DNA from: an uncultured Bacilli bacterium
GTDB taxonomy: Bacteria; Bacillota_I; Bacilli_A; RF39; UBA660
NCBI GenBank assembly: GCA_910577505.1
Contig: CAJTLN010000002.1
Coordinates: 22,230-86,229 of the forward strand
Direction of reading: 5' to 3'
Length of the DNA stretch: 64,000 bases
Each line of letters opens with the position of its first letter. Position 1 is the stretch's first letter. Position numbers and translations under genes: made by a program. Below are positions 1 to 8,475 of the stretch, piece after piece. The notes beneath the pieces were generated by a model that had not been told where the DNA came from, did no database searches, and saw only the letters and a list, made by a program, of their open reading frames with translations.

Positions 1-384
1 GTATATACTATTGAATATCATTCAAATGGTGGTAGTGAGCCACCTAGTATAACTATCTTGGGTGGAACTATGGACGAAATGTTACCTGTTCCTATGAAAT
101 CTGGTTATACATTTTTGGGATGGTATTATGATGAAGGCTTTACTGATAAAGTAGAAACTGAAATGATTACAAAATTAAAGCATGAATCTCAAAAAGATGA
201 AAATGGTTGTTTTGTTACTCCAAAAGTTCATTTGTATGCTAAATGGGATGAGATTATTGTTGAAGAAGTAAAGAATCCTGAAACTGGTTATTTTGTTAAT
301 ATTATGATTGTATTATTGATATGTTTAGGATCTTGTTATATATATAAATTTTCATCAAAATATAAGAAATATAAAAGTATTTAG
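1..384 (+). CDS. C-terminal fragment of a cell-surface protein (Listeria-Bacteroides-type repeat) ending in an NPETG-type cell-wall sorting signal; the 5' end lies outside the window
   Basis: Frame 1 is open from nt 1 (VYTIEYHSNGGSEPP...). GYTFLGWYYDEGFTDKV matches the Flg_new/Listeria-Bacteroides repeat. The C-terminus is NPETG (274-288), then the hydrophobic stretch FVNIMIVLLICLGSCYIY, then the basic tail KYKKYKSI. Confidence 0.7.
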   Translation, partial: VYTIEYHSNGGSEPPSITILGGTMDEMLPVPMKSGYTFLGWYYDEGFTDKVETEMITKLKHESQKDENGCFVTPKVHLYAKWDEIIVEEVKNPETGYFVNIMIVLLICLGSCYIYKFSSKYKKYKSI

Positions 385-428
385 TTGTATTATTAAATAA
401 TATTTATGATTATATAAAAAATTATTAT

Positions 429-457
429 GGATTAAAAAGATTTTTTAATCCTTTTTG
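429..457 (+). terminator. Rho-independent terminator
   Basis: Perfect 10-bp stem GGATTAAAAA/TTTTTAATCC with a 3-nt loop, followed by TTTTT. Confidence 0.75.
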
Positions 458-519
458 TTTGACAATAACTAGTATTTTATTTTAATATATTTCTAATAAT
501 TAAAGAGGGGGAAAGTATA

Positions 520-2364
520 ATGGCAATGACTCAAGTTGATAAAATAAAAATTATAAAATACTTTAGAGAAACTCCCTTTGGTAATATATATTATCGTAGT
601 CTTGTTGATTATTTAGGTAAAAAGTCTAAAATTACTGATGCTGAATTTACTGATTTTTTTGCTAGTTATATAATTGAAAATTTAAAAAAAGAAAAACCAC
701 CATTAAGTTTAATTATGAAGATGATATCAACTATAACAACTTTTATAGGATGGCTTTATGATGATAAAATTGAACTTGATTGTGAATTAGTTAATAAATT
801 ATATAGTATTAGAGAAAGTTATGAACAATATTTAGTTCAAGCTAATGAAGAGAGAAATAATAGTTTAGAAGAATTAATTACAACTTTTGAAGATGATTTG
901 AATAAATTTTATCCACCTGTAGAAGAAGAAATTGAAACTATTGATGTAGATACTTTAATGGCAGAAATAGAAACTTTGAGAAAAAATCTTACTGATAGTG
1001 AAAAAGAAGTTTCGGATTTAACATTAAAATTATCAAAACAAGCTAAAGGTTTGGAAGGTAAAAGAAAAGATAATGATAGATTAAATGCAAGATTAAATGA
1101 AAGTAAACAAAAACAAAAAAATCTTGAAGCTAAAGTAAGAGAATTAGAAAGTTTAATTGAACAGTTGAATAGCTTAGTTACTTCATTAAAAGGTGAAATT
1201 ACTTCAGCTAATGAGAAATATAGTATTTTAGATGCTTTAAAAGATAGAATACAAGCAGATTATTTTAGTTTAAAGACAGAAATGAAATCTTTAAGAAAAA
1301 ATATAGAAGATAAGAATAGAGAGATAGCAAGACTTAATAAAGAAAATGAGTTTAAAATTATTATTCCAAGATCTATAGATTTTAATGAAGAAAGAGATAA
1401 TAAAATTGAAGGTTTAATTATTCAAAAGATGCTAGAAGGAAAAAGTTCACTAGAAGATATTAAAGAATACTTAGCAATTAATGGTTATGTTTTAACTCTA
1501 GATGAATTAAGAAATTATTTTAAAATAATAAATGAAAGAATGAAGTATGAAATAAGTTGTGATGAATCTTTAGATGGTAGTGAGGGAGCTGAATATGTAA
1601 TTCCTATTAGCAATGATGCAAAGAGTATTGATTTGATGGTTGTATCAGATTTTCATTTATTAGCTTTTTGCAAAGATACTATTCATGATATGGAATTAAT
1701 AAATGATTATTGTGAAGATAATGGAATTCATATGATTCTTAATGTGGGTGATTTCTTTTCTTGGACTCGTTTAAAAGGTAAACATGAAGGATCCGCTTGT
1801 AGGAGAATTGTTGAAAAAGCAATAGTTAAATATCCTTCCAGAAAAGGAATTAAACATGCTGTATTAGGCGGAAATCATGATAAGGATATGCTAGTTGCTG
1901 GAGTTGATCCAATTAAGTTGCTTGCAGAAGAAAGAGAAGATTTCATCAGTCTTGGATACGGCCATTGTAAAATATCATTTGGTGGTTCTTTTAGTATATT
2001 GGATAGTATAGGTATGCATCATCCTAATAGAAGGTATCCAAATTCTGTTGGTAAAGATTTTTATACGACTGAAAAAATTATGGATACTATAAGTAGTTAT
2101 TATGCTGTTAGTGGTATTAATGCAGATGACTTTTATGTTCAATTAGTTGGTCATATTCATAAGAGTGGGTTAGATACAGAAAATGGAATATGTATAGTAC
2201 CATCTTATCTAAAAGATAGAGTGATAAATGGTGCTTGGCATTTGAAAGTGTATTTTAGTGAGGATAGACATATAAGCAATATTGTATTTATGCCTGTTAT
2301 TAAACAAAAAGCTTTGGTTAAAATATCTGAAATAAGTTATAAAAAACAATTAATTAAGAAATAA
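520..2364 (+). CDS. Coiled-coil protein with a C-terminal calcineurin-like metallophosphoesterase domain
   Basis: SD GAGGGGG lies upstream of the ATG. Residues ~100-290 are heptad-like and K/E/L-rich. The C-terminal half has the phosphoesterase motifs in order: VVSDFH, GDFF, GGNHD, GHIH. Confidence 0.75.
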   Translation: MAMTQVDKIKIIKYFRETPFGNIYYRSLVDYLGKKSKITDAEFTDFFASYIIENLKKEKPPLSLIMKMISTITTFIGWLYDDKIELDCELVNKLYSIRESYEQYLVQANEERNNSLEELITTFEDDLNKFYPPVEEEIETIDVDTLMAEIETLRKNLTDSEKEVSDLTLKLSKQAKGLEGKRKDNDRLNARLNESKQKQKNLEAKVRELESLIEQLNSLVTSLKGEITSANEKYSILDALKDRIQADYFSLKTEMKSLRKNIEDKNREIARLNKENEFKIIIPRSIDFNEERDNKIEGLIIQKMLEGKSSLEDIKEYLAINGYVLTLDELRNYFKIINERMKYEISCDESLDGSEGAEYVIPISNDAKSIDLMVVSDFHLLAFCKDTIHDMELINDYCEDNGIHMILNVGDFFSWTRLKGKHEGSACRRIVEKAIVKYPSRKGIKHAVLGGNHDKDMLVAGVDPIKLLAEEREDFISLGYGHCKISFGGSFSILDSIGMHHPNRRYPNSVGKDFYTTEKIMDTISSYYAVSGINADDFYVQLVGHIHKSGLDTENGICIVPSYLKDRVINGAWHLKVYFSEDRHISNIVFMPVIKQKALVKISEISYKKQLIKK

Positions 2365-2419
2365 TTGTAAATTTTAGGTATAAAAATAAGAAAAAGTACG
2401 TAATTTAAAGAAGAATATA

Positions 2420-2448
2420 TTGACAAGAATTAGATTTTGACTTATAAT
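2420..2448 (+). promoter_or_regulatory. Consensus sigma-A promoter of the infC-rpmI-rplT operon
   Basis: TTGACA (2420-2425), 17-nt spacer, TATAAT (2443-2448). Confidence 0.7.
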
Positions 2449-2454
2449 CTATCT

Positions 2455-2600
2455 TGTTATTGAAAAGAAAGCGATGTATCCACATCCACCTGATTGCAGT
2501 GAGTTGCGATAGGTTAAGAGCTAAATAAAGAATATTTTATTTTGTTTTTATGGGTGGATACTAGATGTTCGCCCTTTTTAATTGTGTGGAGGTGCTTACT
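2455..2600 (+). promoter_or_regulatory. Structured 5' leader of infC, probably an L20-leader-type ribosomal-protein autoregulatory element
   Basis: About 145 nt untranslated between the promoter and infC. Long-range complementarity GTATCCAC (2476-2483) / GTGGATAC (2553-2560). An A/T hairpin plus T-run lies at ~2523-2550. The position matches the known L20 leader of low-GC Gram-positives. No covariance-model search was possible. Confidence 0.45.
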
Positions 2601-3125
2601 ATAGCAAAGGATAAAAATGAAATGCCAATCAATAATCAAATAAGAGTGGCAGAATTAATGGTAATTGGTCCAAATGGAGAACAAATGGGAGTGAAAAAAT
2701 TAGCTGATGCATTAACATTAGCAAATTATGCTGGATTAGACTTAGTATTGATGAGTGGAAATTCAGTACCTGCTGTTGGTAAAATTATGGATTATAACAA
2801 ATATCGTTATGAAAAACAAAAGAAGCTTAAGGAATCTCAAAAGAAACAAAGAGAAACTAATAAAGATGTTAAGGAATATCAATTAAGTCCTACAATAGAC
2901 ATTCATGACTTCAATACAAGAAAAAAGAATGCTAATGAATATTTGGTAAAAGGACATAAAATTAAGGTTTCTATTCGTTTTAAGGGTAGAAGAATTGAAC
3001 GTCCTGAATTAGGTAAAGAAGTAATGCTTCGTTTCGCTGAGGAATTAAGTGAAGTATCTACAATCGAGTCACAACCTAAATTAGAAGGTCGTACTATGAT
3101 TATGCTATTAGCACCAAAAAAATAA
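2601..3125 (+). CDS. infC: Translation initiation factor IF-3, probable non-AUG (ATA) start
   Basis: IAKDKNEMPINNQIRVAELMVIGPNGEQMGV... aligns with the IF-3 N-terminus. Strong SD GGAGGTG (2588-2594) sits 6 nt before ATA 2601. The in-frame ATG at 2565 has no SD, and ATG 2622 is an alternative. IF-3 genes classically use non-AUG starts. Confidence 0.9.
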   Translation: MAKDKNEMPINNQIRVAELMVIGPNGEQMGVKKLADALTLANYAGLDLVLMSGNSVPAVGKIMDYNKYRYEKQKKLKESQKKQRETNKDVKEYQLSPTIDIHDFNTRKKNANEYLVKGHKIKVSIRFKGRRIERPELGKEVMLRFAEELSEVSTIESQPKLEGRTMIMLLAPKK

Positions 3126-3150
3126 TATTAAGAAAGAGGAAGTAGAAATT

Positions 3151-3345
3151 ATGGGAAAAACTAAACAAAAAACACATAAAGCATCTAGTAAAGTTCTAAA
3201 AGCTAAGAAAAATGGTCAATTAGTTTATAAAAAATCAAATGGTAACCACATTACTGGTAAGGATTCTGCAAAAGCAGTTAGACAAAGAAGAACAAAGGGA
3301 GTTTTAAGTAAAGGAGATACTAGACGTCTAAAAGACTTCATCTAG
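3151..3345 (+). CDS. rpmI: 50S ribosomal protein L35
   Basis: 64-aa basic protein MGKTKQKTHKASSK... in the infC-rpmI-rplT position, with SD GAGGAAG. Confidence 0.93.
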   Translation: MGKTKQKTHKASSKVLKAKKNGQLVYKKSNGNHITGKDSAKAVRQRRTKGVLSKGDTRRLKDFI

Positions 3346-3365
3346 TAGAGAAAGGGGAGTAAGAA

Positions 3366-3899
3366 ATGACAAGAGTTAAAGGCGGAAGCGTTGCAAAAAA
3401 TAGAAGAAGAAAAGTTTTAAAAGAAGCTAAAGGATATTTTGGTTCTAAGCATAGATTATTTAAAACTGCTCAAGAACAAACATTCCATAGTGGAGTATAT
3501 GCTTTTAGAGATAGAAGACAAAATAAGAGAAATTTTAGAAAATTATGGATTCAAAGAATTAATGCTGCATGTAGAGAAAATGAAATTAGTTATTCTAAAT
3601 TCATTAATGGTTTAAATAAAGCTGGTATTGAAGTAAATAGAAAAATGTTAAGTACTATTGCTATTGACGATCCTGCTGCATTTACACAATTAGTTAATGT
3701 TGCAAAAGCTGCATTAGAAGGAAAAACTGCTCCAAAAGCAACTAAAGCAGTTAAGGCTGAAGTTAAAGAAGAAGCTAAAGTAGAATCTAAAGACTATTCA
3801 AAAATGACTGTAGCTGAATTAAAAGAAGTTGCTAAAGAACAAGGTGTAGAAGGTTATACTTCTATGAAAAAAGCTGAATTATTAGCTGCTATTAAGTAA
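3366..3899 (+). CDS. rplT: 50S ribosomal protein L20 with a ~59-aa C-terminal extension (K/A/E linker plus Rho_N/SAP-like helix-extended-helix motif)
   Basis: Residues 1-118 are a canonical L20 ([29 protein letters not shown]...[11 protein letters not shown]...). Residues 119-177 are extra: [57 protein letters not shown]. Confidence 0.93.
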   Translation: MTRVKGGSVAKNRRRKVLKEAKGYFGSKHRLFKTAQEQTFHSGVYAFRDRRQNKRNFRKLWIQRINAACRENEISYSKFINGLNKAGIEVNRKMLSTIAIDDPAAFTQLVNVAKAALEGKTAPKATKAVKAEVKEEAKVESKDYSKMTVAELKEVAKEQGVEGYTSMKKAELLAAIK

Positions 3900-3922
3900 T
3901 CAAGTATTTGATTACTTTTTTA
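3896..3922 (+). terminator. Rho-independent terminator after rplT
   Basis: Stem GTAATCAA/TTGATTAC, loop GTAT, then a T6 run; it overlaps the rplT stop codon. Confidence 0.75.
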
Positions 3923-4023
3923 TTTATATTAAGGCTAAAATGTGCTATTTTTTTGAGTAGCTTGGTTGATTTATTGACGTTATTTTAGTATAATTAAAAT
4001 TAGTATAATATGGAGTGGTGAAG

Positions 4024-5262
4024 ATGCGAAAGATAATGGCTTGTTTAGATGTTGGTTCAGACGTAGTTAAATGTGTAGTTGGCGAAATGGTAAGAAGAAA
4101 ACTAAATATCCTAGCTGCAGCAGAAGCACCTTCAAAAGGAGTAAGAAATGGTATAGTTGAAGATCCAAATTTACTATTAGAACCATTAAAAAATGTTATA
4201 CAAAAATGTGAAGAAATAATTGGACTTAGAATTAGACAAATGATAGTATCTGTTCCTGCTAAAGATGCAGAATTCCAAGTTGTTACTGGTTCTGTTGCAA
4301 TTACTAATGATGGTAATTTAATAGAAGGAAAAGATATAATAAGAGTATTACAAAAAGCTATCAAAAGTAGAAAAAATAATAGCTTAGAATATATTTCTAT
4401 GATGCCAACAAGTTTTTCTTTAGATGATGATAGAGTTGTTAAAGATCCTAAGGGGTTAACATCTAAAGTTTTATCTGTTAGAGGGGTATGTGTATCAACA
4501 CCTAAGAAAAATATTTATCCAATATTGGCTTGTCTAGAAAGACTTGGTGTTGATGTTTTAGATATTACTCTTTCATCTATTGGAGATTATTTCGAATATA
4601 AGAATAAAGAATTAGATAAAAAAGTAGGAGTAGTAATAAATCTTGGTGATGAAACTACTACTATGTCAGTATTTAATAAAGGGGTTTTAACTAATACGAC
4701 TGTTAGTTTAGTTGGAGGACAAAATATAGATAATGATATTTCATTTATTTATAAAGTTCCAATTAAAACAGCAAAAGAATTAAAAGAGGAATTTGCGTTA
4801 GCTCATAAAAATATGGCTCAAGCTAGTGATGTTGTTACAATAGATAATAAATCTTCCGAAAAAATTCAAATTAATCAATTTGAAATCAGTGAAATTGTTA
4901 TGAGTAGGATACTAGAAATATTAAATTTAAGTAAGAAAGAGATAAATCACTTAACAAAAAAAGAAATAAGTTATATAATATTCACAGGAGGCTTAACTGA
5001 ATTTAAAGATTTTAGTCTTGTTTTACAAGAAGTTTATGGAAATGATGTTACAGTAGGTAATATTATGGAAATAGGTGTTAGAAATAATAAATATAGTTCA
5101 TGCTTAGGTCTACTTAAATATTATGCTTATAATGCAAAACTAAAAGATAAGGATTATTCAATCTTTTCGATAGAAGAACAACAAATGTTGAGTGGTGCTA
5201 ATTTTGGGGAGCAACAGGATAGTGTTATAGGCAAGTTGTTCGGGTATATTTTTAATGGTTGA
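4024..5262 (+). CDS. ftsA: Cell division protein FtsA
   Basis: Actin-like ATPase directly upstream of ftsZ, with ACLDVGSDVVKCVVGE at the N-terminus. GGAG (4012-4015) sits 8 nt before ATG 4024; the longest-ORF start GTG 4015 overlaps the SD. Confidence 0.9.
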   Translation: MRKIMACLDVGSDVVKCVVGEMVRRKLNILAAAEAPSKGVRNGIVEDPNLLLEPLKNVIQKCEEIIGLRIRQMIVSVPAKDAEFQVVTGSVAITNDGNLIEGKDIIRVLQKAIKSRKNNSLEYISMMPTSFSLDDDRVVKDPKGLTSKVLSVRGVCVSTPKKNIYPILACLERLGVDVLDITLSSIGDYFEYKNKELDKKVGVVINLGDETTTMSVFNKGVLTNTTVSLVGGQNIDNDISFIYKVPIKTAKELKEEFALAHKNMAQASDVVTIDNKSSEKIQINQFEISEIVMSRILEILNLSKKEINHLTKKEISYIIFTGGLTEFKDFSLVLQEVYGNDVTVGNIMEIGVRNNKYSSCLGLLKYYAYNAKLKDKDYSIFSIEEQQMLSGANFGEQQDSVIGKLFGYIFNG

Positions 5263-5274
5263 TAGGAGGATTTC

Positions 5275-6348
5275 ATGATGCATGATTTAGAAAGAGATCA
5301 AATAGCTAAGATAAAAGTTATTGGTGTTGGTGGCGGTGGCTGCAACGCTGTTAATAGAATGATAGAATCTGGTGTTGGTGGTGTAGATTTTATAGTTGCT
5401 AATACAGATTTACAAGTGTTAAATGTTAGTAATGCTGAAACAAAATTACAAATAGGAAAAAATATTACTGAAGGATTGGGAGCAGGTGCTAATCCAGAAG
5501 TTGGACGTGAAGCGGCATTAGAAAGTAAAAAAGAAATTGAAGAAGCTCTAGCTGGAGCAGATATGATTTTTGTTACTTGTGGTTTAGGTGGAGGTACTGG
5601 TACTGGAGCTGCACCTATAGTTGCTGAAATTGCTCAAGAACAAGGAGCCTTAACTGTTGCTATTGTTACAAAACCTTTTAAATTTGAAGGTCGTAAAAGA
5701 ATGGAACAAGCAGAAGTTGGTCTAGAAGAATTAAAGAAACATGTAGATACAATAATTGTAATACCTAATGATAGATTAAGAGATATGATAGATAGAACTA
5801 CTCCTATTGTGGAAGCATTTAAAGAAGTTGATAATGTTTTACGTAGAGGTGTTCAATCAATCTCTGATTTGATTGCTGTTTCTGGTTTAGTTAACTTAGA
5901 CTTTGCTGATGTTAAAGCAGTAATGCAAAATAGAGGTAATGCTATTATTGGTATAGGTATTGGTGTTGGAGAAGATAGAGCTATTGAAGCTGCTAAACAA
6001 GCTGTTGCATCTCCATTGCTTGAAACAACAATAGATGGAGCTACTGATGCAATTATTAATATTACAGGTGGAAATAGTTTAACGTTATTTGAAGCTGAAG
6101 ATGCTGCTGAAGTAGTAAGAAATGCTGCTAATACAGATATTAATACAATATTTGGTGCAGTTATTAATGAAAATTTAAATGATGAAGTTATTGTTACTGT
6201 AATAGCTACTGGATTTGATGATGCTAGAGAACAAATTGGTGGCGGATTAGATAATGATTTACCAGTTAATACATCATTTATGAATGATGATGACGATTTT
6301 GATAATGTGGATATACCACCATTCTTAAGAAATAGAGACGATTTTTAA
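5275..6348 (+). CDS. ftsZ: Cell division GTPase FtsZ
   Basis: Tubulin signature [27 protein letters not shown], and C-terminal peptide DIPPFLRNR. Confidence 0.98.
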   Translation: MMHDLERDQIAKIKVIGVGGGGCNAVNRMIESGVGGVDFIVANTDLQVLNVSNAETKLQIGKNITEGLGAGANPEVGREAALESKKEIEEALAGADMIFVTCGLGGGTGTGAAPIVAEIAQEQGALTVAIVTKPFKFEGRKRMEQAEVGLEELKKHVDTIIVIPNDRLRDMIDRTTPIVEAFKEVDNVLRRGVQSISDLIAVSGLVNLDFADVKAVMQNRGNAIIGIGIGVGEDRAIEAAKQAVASPLLETTIDGATDAIINITGGNSLTLFEAEDAAEVVRNAANTDINTIFGAVINENLNDEVIVTVIATGFDDAREQIGGGLDNDLPVNTSFMNDDDDFDNVDIPPFLRNRDDF

Positions 6349-6364
6349 TAAATCGTTTTTTTTT
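6338..6364 (+). repeat. Copy 1 of a perfect 27-bp direct repeat, which is also the ftsZ terminator hairpin
   Basis: ACGATTTTTAATAAATCGTTTTTTTTT (stem ACGATTT/AAATCGT plus T-run); identical to 9488-9514. It overlaps the last ftsZ codons. Confidence 0.9.
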
Positions 6365-6421
6365 ATAAAAAATATTAAAAAATATGGTATACTTTTATAA
6401 GAATAGTAAGGTAGTGGTGTG

Positions 6422-8461
6422 ATGGTTTGTAGCAAGTGTGGTAATATCGTGCCAGACGGAACACAAGTTTGTAGTTATTGTGGTAGTAGTATGGTACAAA
6501 ATTTTAATAATCAAATGGTACAAAATAATAATGGCTTAACTAAAAAGCAAAAAGGAATAATTCTTTCTTTGTTATCGTTAGTTTTTATATTATTGGTTAT
6601 AGTTGCTTTTTATATTGTTAAAGATAGTAAAGTTGTCACTTTAAATGATGGCTCTAGAACAATTATGATTTATATGGTTGGTAGTAATTTAGAGTCTGAT
6701 AGTAAGATAGCTACTTCAGAAATAGAAAATATTAATCCAGATGATATAGATCTAGATAAAACTAATGTATTACTTTATACTGGTGGTACAGAAAAGTGGC
6801 ATAATTTTATAAAAAATGATGAAAATGCTATTTATCAGTTAAAAGAAGATGGTTTTGAAAAACTAGAGGTATATGATAAGAAAAATATGGGAGATTATAA
6901 TACATTACTTAGTTTTTTAAATTATGGATATGATAAATATGAAACACAATATTATGATTTGATTTTATATAATCATGGTGGAGCTATTCAAGGAGCTATT
7001 TATGATGATTTTACTAATGATAACTTATCGCTAGAAGAATTTGGTAAAGCTTTAAAGGAAAGTTCTTTTAATGAGAATAATAAGTTAAATACAGTTTTGT
7101 TTAGAACTTGCTTAAATGGAACTATTGAAGTTGCTAGCGTGTTTGCTCCATATGCTAAATATATGATTGCTTCAGAAGAAATTACTAATGGTCAAACAGG
7201 AGAGTCTGTACTTAATTTTATAAATGAAATAGATAAAGATGATGATGGAATAGAGTATGGTAAAAAGTTTATTGAAGCTTATGAAGAGCAAATGGAAAAT
7301 ATTGATCCTTTAGGATTTGCAACTGTTCCCATGTATTCTATTATTGATTTGTCAAAAATAGCAGAAGTAAATGAGTTATTAGATGATTTTATTTCGGGAA
7401 TTGATTTAAAGAAAAGTTATAATGATATAGTACGTGTTAGAAGTAATATGTATCAATATGGATATACTTCATTTAATGAAAGTGTTTATGATACAGTGGA
7501 CTTGTATACTCTTGTCAGTAATCTATCAAAATATTCTGATAAAGATAGTGAAAAATTATTGAAGAAGATAGATGAAGCAGTAATTTATAATTGGAGTGAT
7601 GAGAAAGAATCTCATGGTTTATCAGTATATTTTCCTTATAATGGAAAACCAAATTATCAGGCAAAGTTTTTAGATGTATATAGGGGATTAGATACTACTA
7701 ATACATATTTTAAATTTATAGGTCAGTTCAATTCATTTAGTACATCTAAAGGAATTACTTCTTTTTCTAAGAGTGATTTAACTCATAATCAAATTTCGAT
7801 AGATAATAATAAAGAATTTAGTTTAAAATTAACAGATGAACAAGCAAGAGATTATGCTGATTCTATTTATATGGTGTTTAGAAAAAAAGAAGATAATACT
7901 TTTAATCCAATATATTCTTCTGATAATACAATATTGACTGAATCTGGTGAACTAAAATCTAATATTTCTAATAATTTGATAAAATTGTATGATAAAAGTG
8001 ATAATAATGATGATGGAGAATATTTAACGCTTGTTGAAAGAGGTAGTGATAGTAATAGATTATTAACTACAGGAGCTGTTTTACATAGTTTTAGTGGAGA
8101 AAGTATTGCTGATTGGAAAACGGAAGCTAGTACTGTTTATTTTGAAGTAAAGGATGGAGTACCTAATATTTCTAAATATGTAAAAATAGATTCTGAAAAA
8201 GGAGCGTCTGTAACTATTTTGAATTCAGAAGATTATACAGATATTGAATTTGTATCTTCTAGGTATAAAATCTTAGACGAAAAAGGGAACTATACTCCTG
8301 ATTGGGATAATAATGGAATAATTTCAGGATATGGAGTAGAAATGAAAAATATAGGTTTAAAATTATCTTCTTTGGATGATAATGGAGATTATTATTGTGT
8401 ATTTAAAATAAGAGATATATATGGAAATGTCTACTATTCAAAGTTATTGAGTATTAAATAG
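6422..8461 (+). CDS. Membrane-anchored clostripain-like (peptidase C11) protein with an N-terminal cytoplasmic zinc ribbon
   Basis: N-terminus CSKCGN...CSYCG (zinc ribbon), then TM helix GIILSLLSLVFILLVIVAFYIV. C11-like His/Cys dyad contexts LILYNHGGAIQG and VLFRTCLNG follow IMIYMVGSNLESD. Confidence 0.6.
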   Translation: MVCSKCGNIVPDGTQVCSYCGSSMVQNFNNQMVQNNNGLTKKQKGIILSLLSLVFILLVIVAFYIVKDSKVVTLNDGSRTIMIYMVGSNLESDSKIATSEIENINPDDIDLDKTNVLLYTGGTEKWHNFIKNDENAIYQLKEDGFEKLEVYDKKNMGDYNTLLSFLNYGYDKYETQYYDLILYNHGGAIQGAIYDDFTNDNLSLEEFGKALKESSFNENNKLNTVLFRTCLNGTIEVASVFAPYAKYMIASEEITNGQTGESVLNFINEIDKDDDGIEYGKKFIEAYEEQMENIDPLGFATVPMYSIIDLSKIAEVNELLDDFISGIDLKKSYNDIVRVRSNMYQYGYTSFNESVYDTVDLYTLVSNLSKYSDKDSEKLLKKIDEAVIYNWSDEKESHGLSVYFPYNGKPNYQAKFLDVYRGLDTTNTYFKFIGQFNSFSTSKGITSFSKSDLTHNQISIDNNKEFSLKLTDEQARDYADSIYMVFRKKEDNTFNPIYSSDNTILTESGELKSNISNNLIKLYDKSDNNDDGEYLTLVERGSDSNRLLTTGAVLHSFSGESIADWKTEASTVYFEVKDGVPNISKYVKIDSEKGASVTILNSEDYTDIEFVSSRYKILDEKGNYTPDWDNNGIISGYGVEMKNIGLKLSSLDDNGDYYCVFKIRDIYGNVYYSKLLSIK

Positions 8462-8475
8462 AAGGAGTGAAGAAT

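Noticed and set aside
3974-4009. Apparent sigma-A promoter hexamers upstream of ftsA (TTGACG at 3974, TATAAT at 3989 and 4004).
   Set aside because: The spacers are 9 and 24 nt, which are incompatible with a functional -35/-10 pair.
3945-4364. 139-aa minus-strand ORF antisense to ftsA. The same applies to 8503-8754(-), 11656-11856(-), 12234-12428(-), 12663-12872(-), 16170-16443(-), 18359-18661(+), 21265-21544, the plus-strand ORFs inside ponA (21577-24146), 25916-26415(-), 38641-38832(-), 39401-39598(-), 43170-43397(-), 45787-46020(-), 48817-49275(-), 53337-54487 and 58736-59074(-).
   Set aside because: All lie antisense to, or out of frame within, strongly supported conserved genes. They have no SD, and their composition is low-complexity I/L/F/S/N-rich, as expected from the reverse frames of AT-rich coding DNA.
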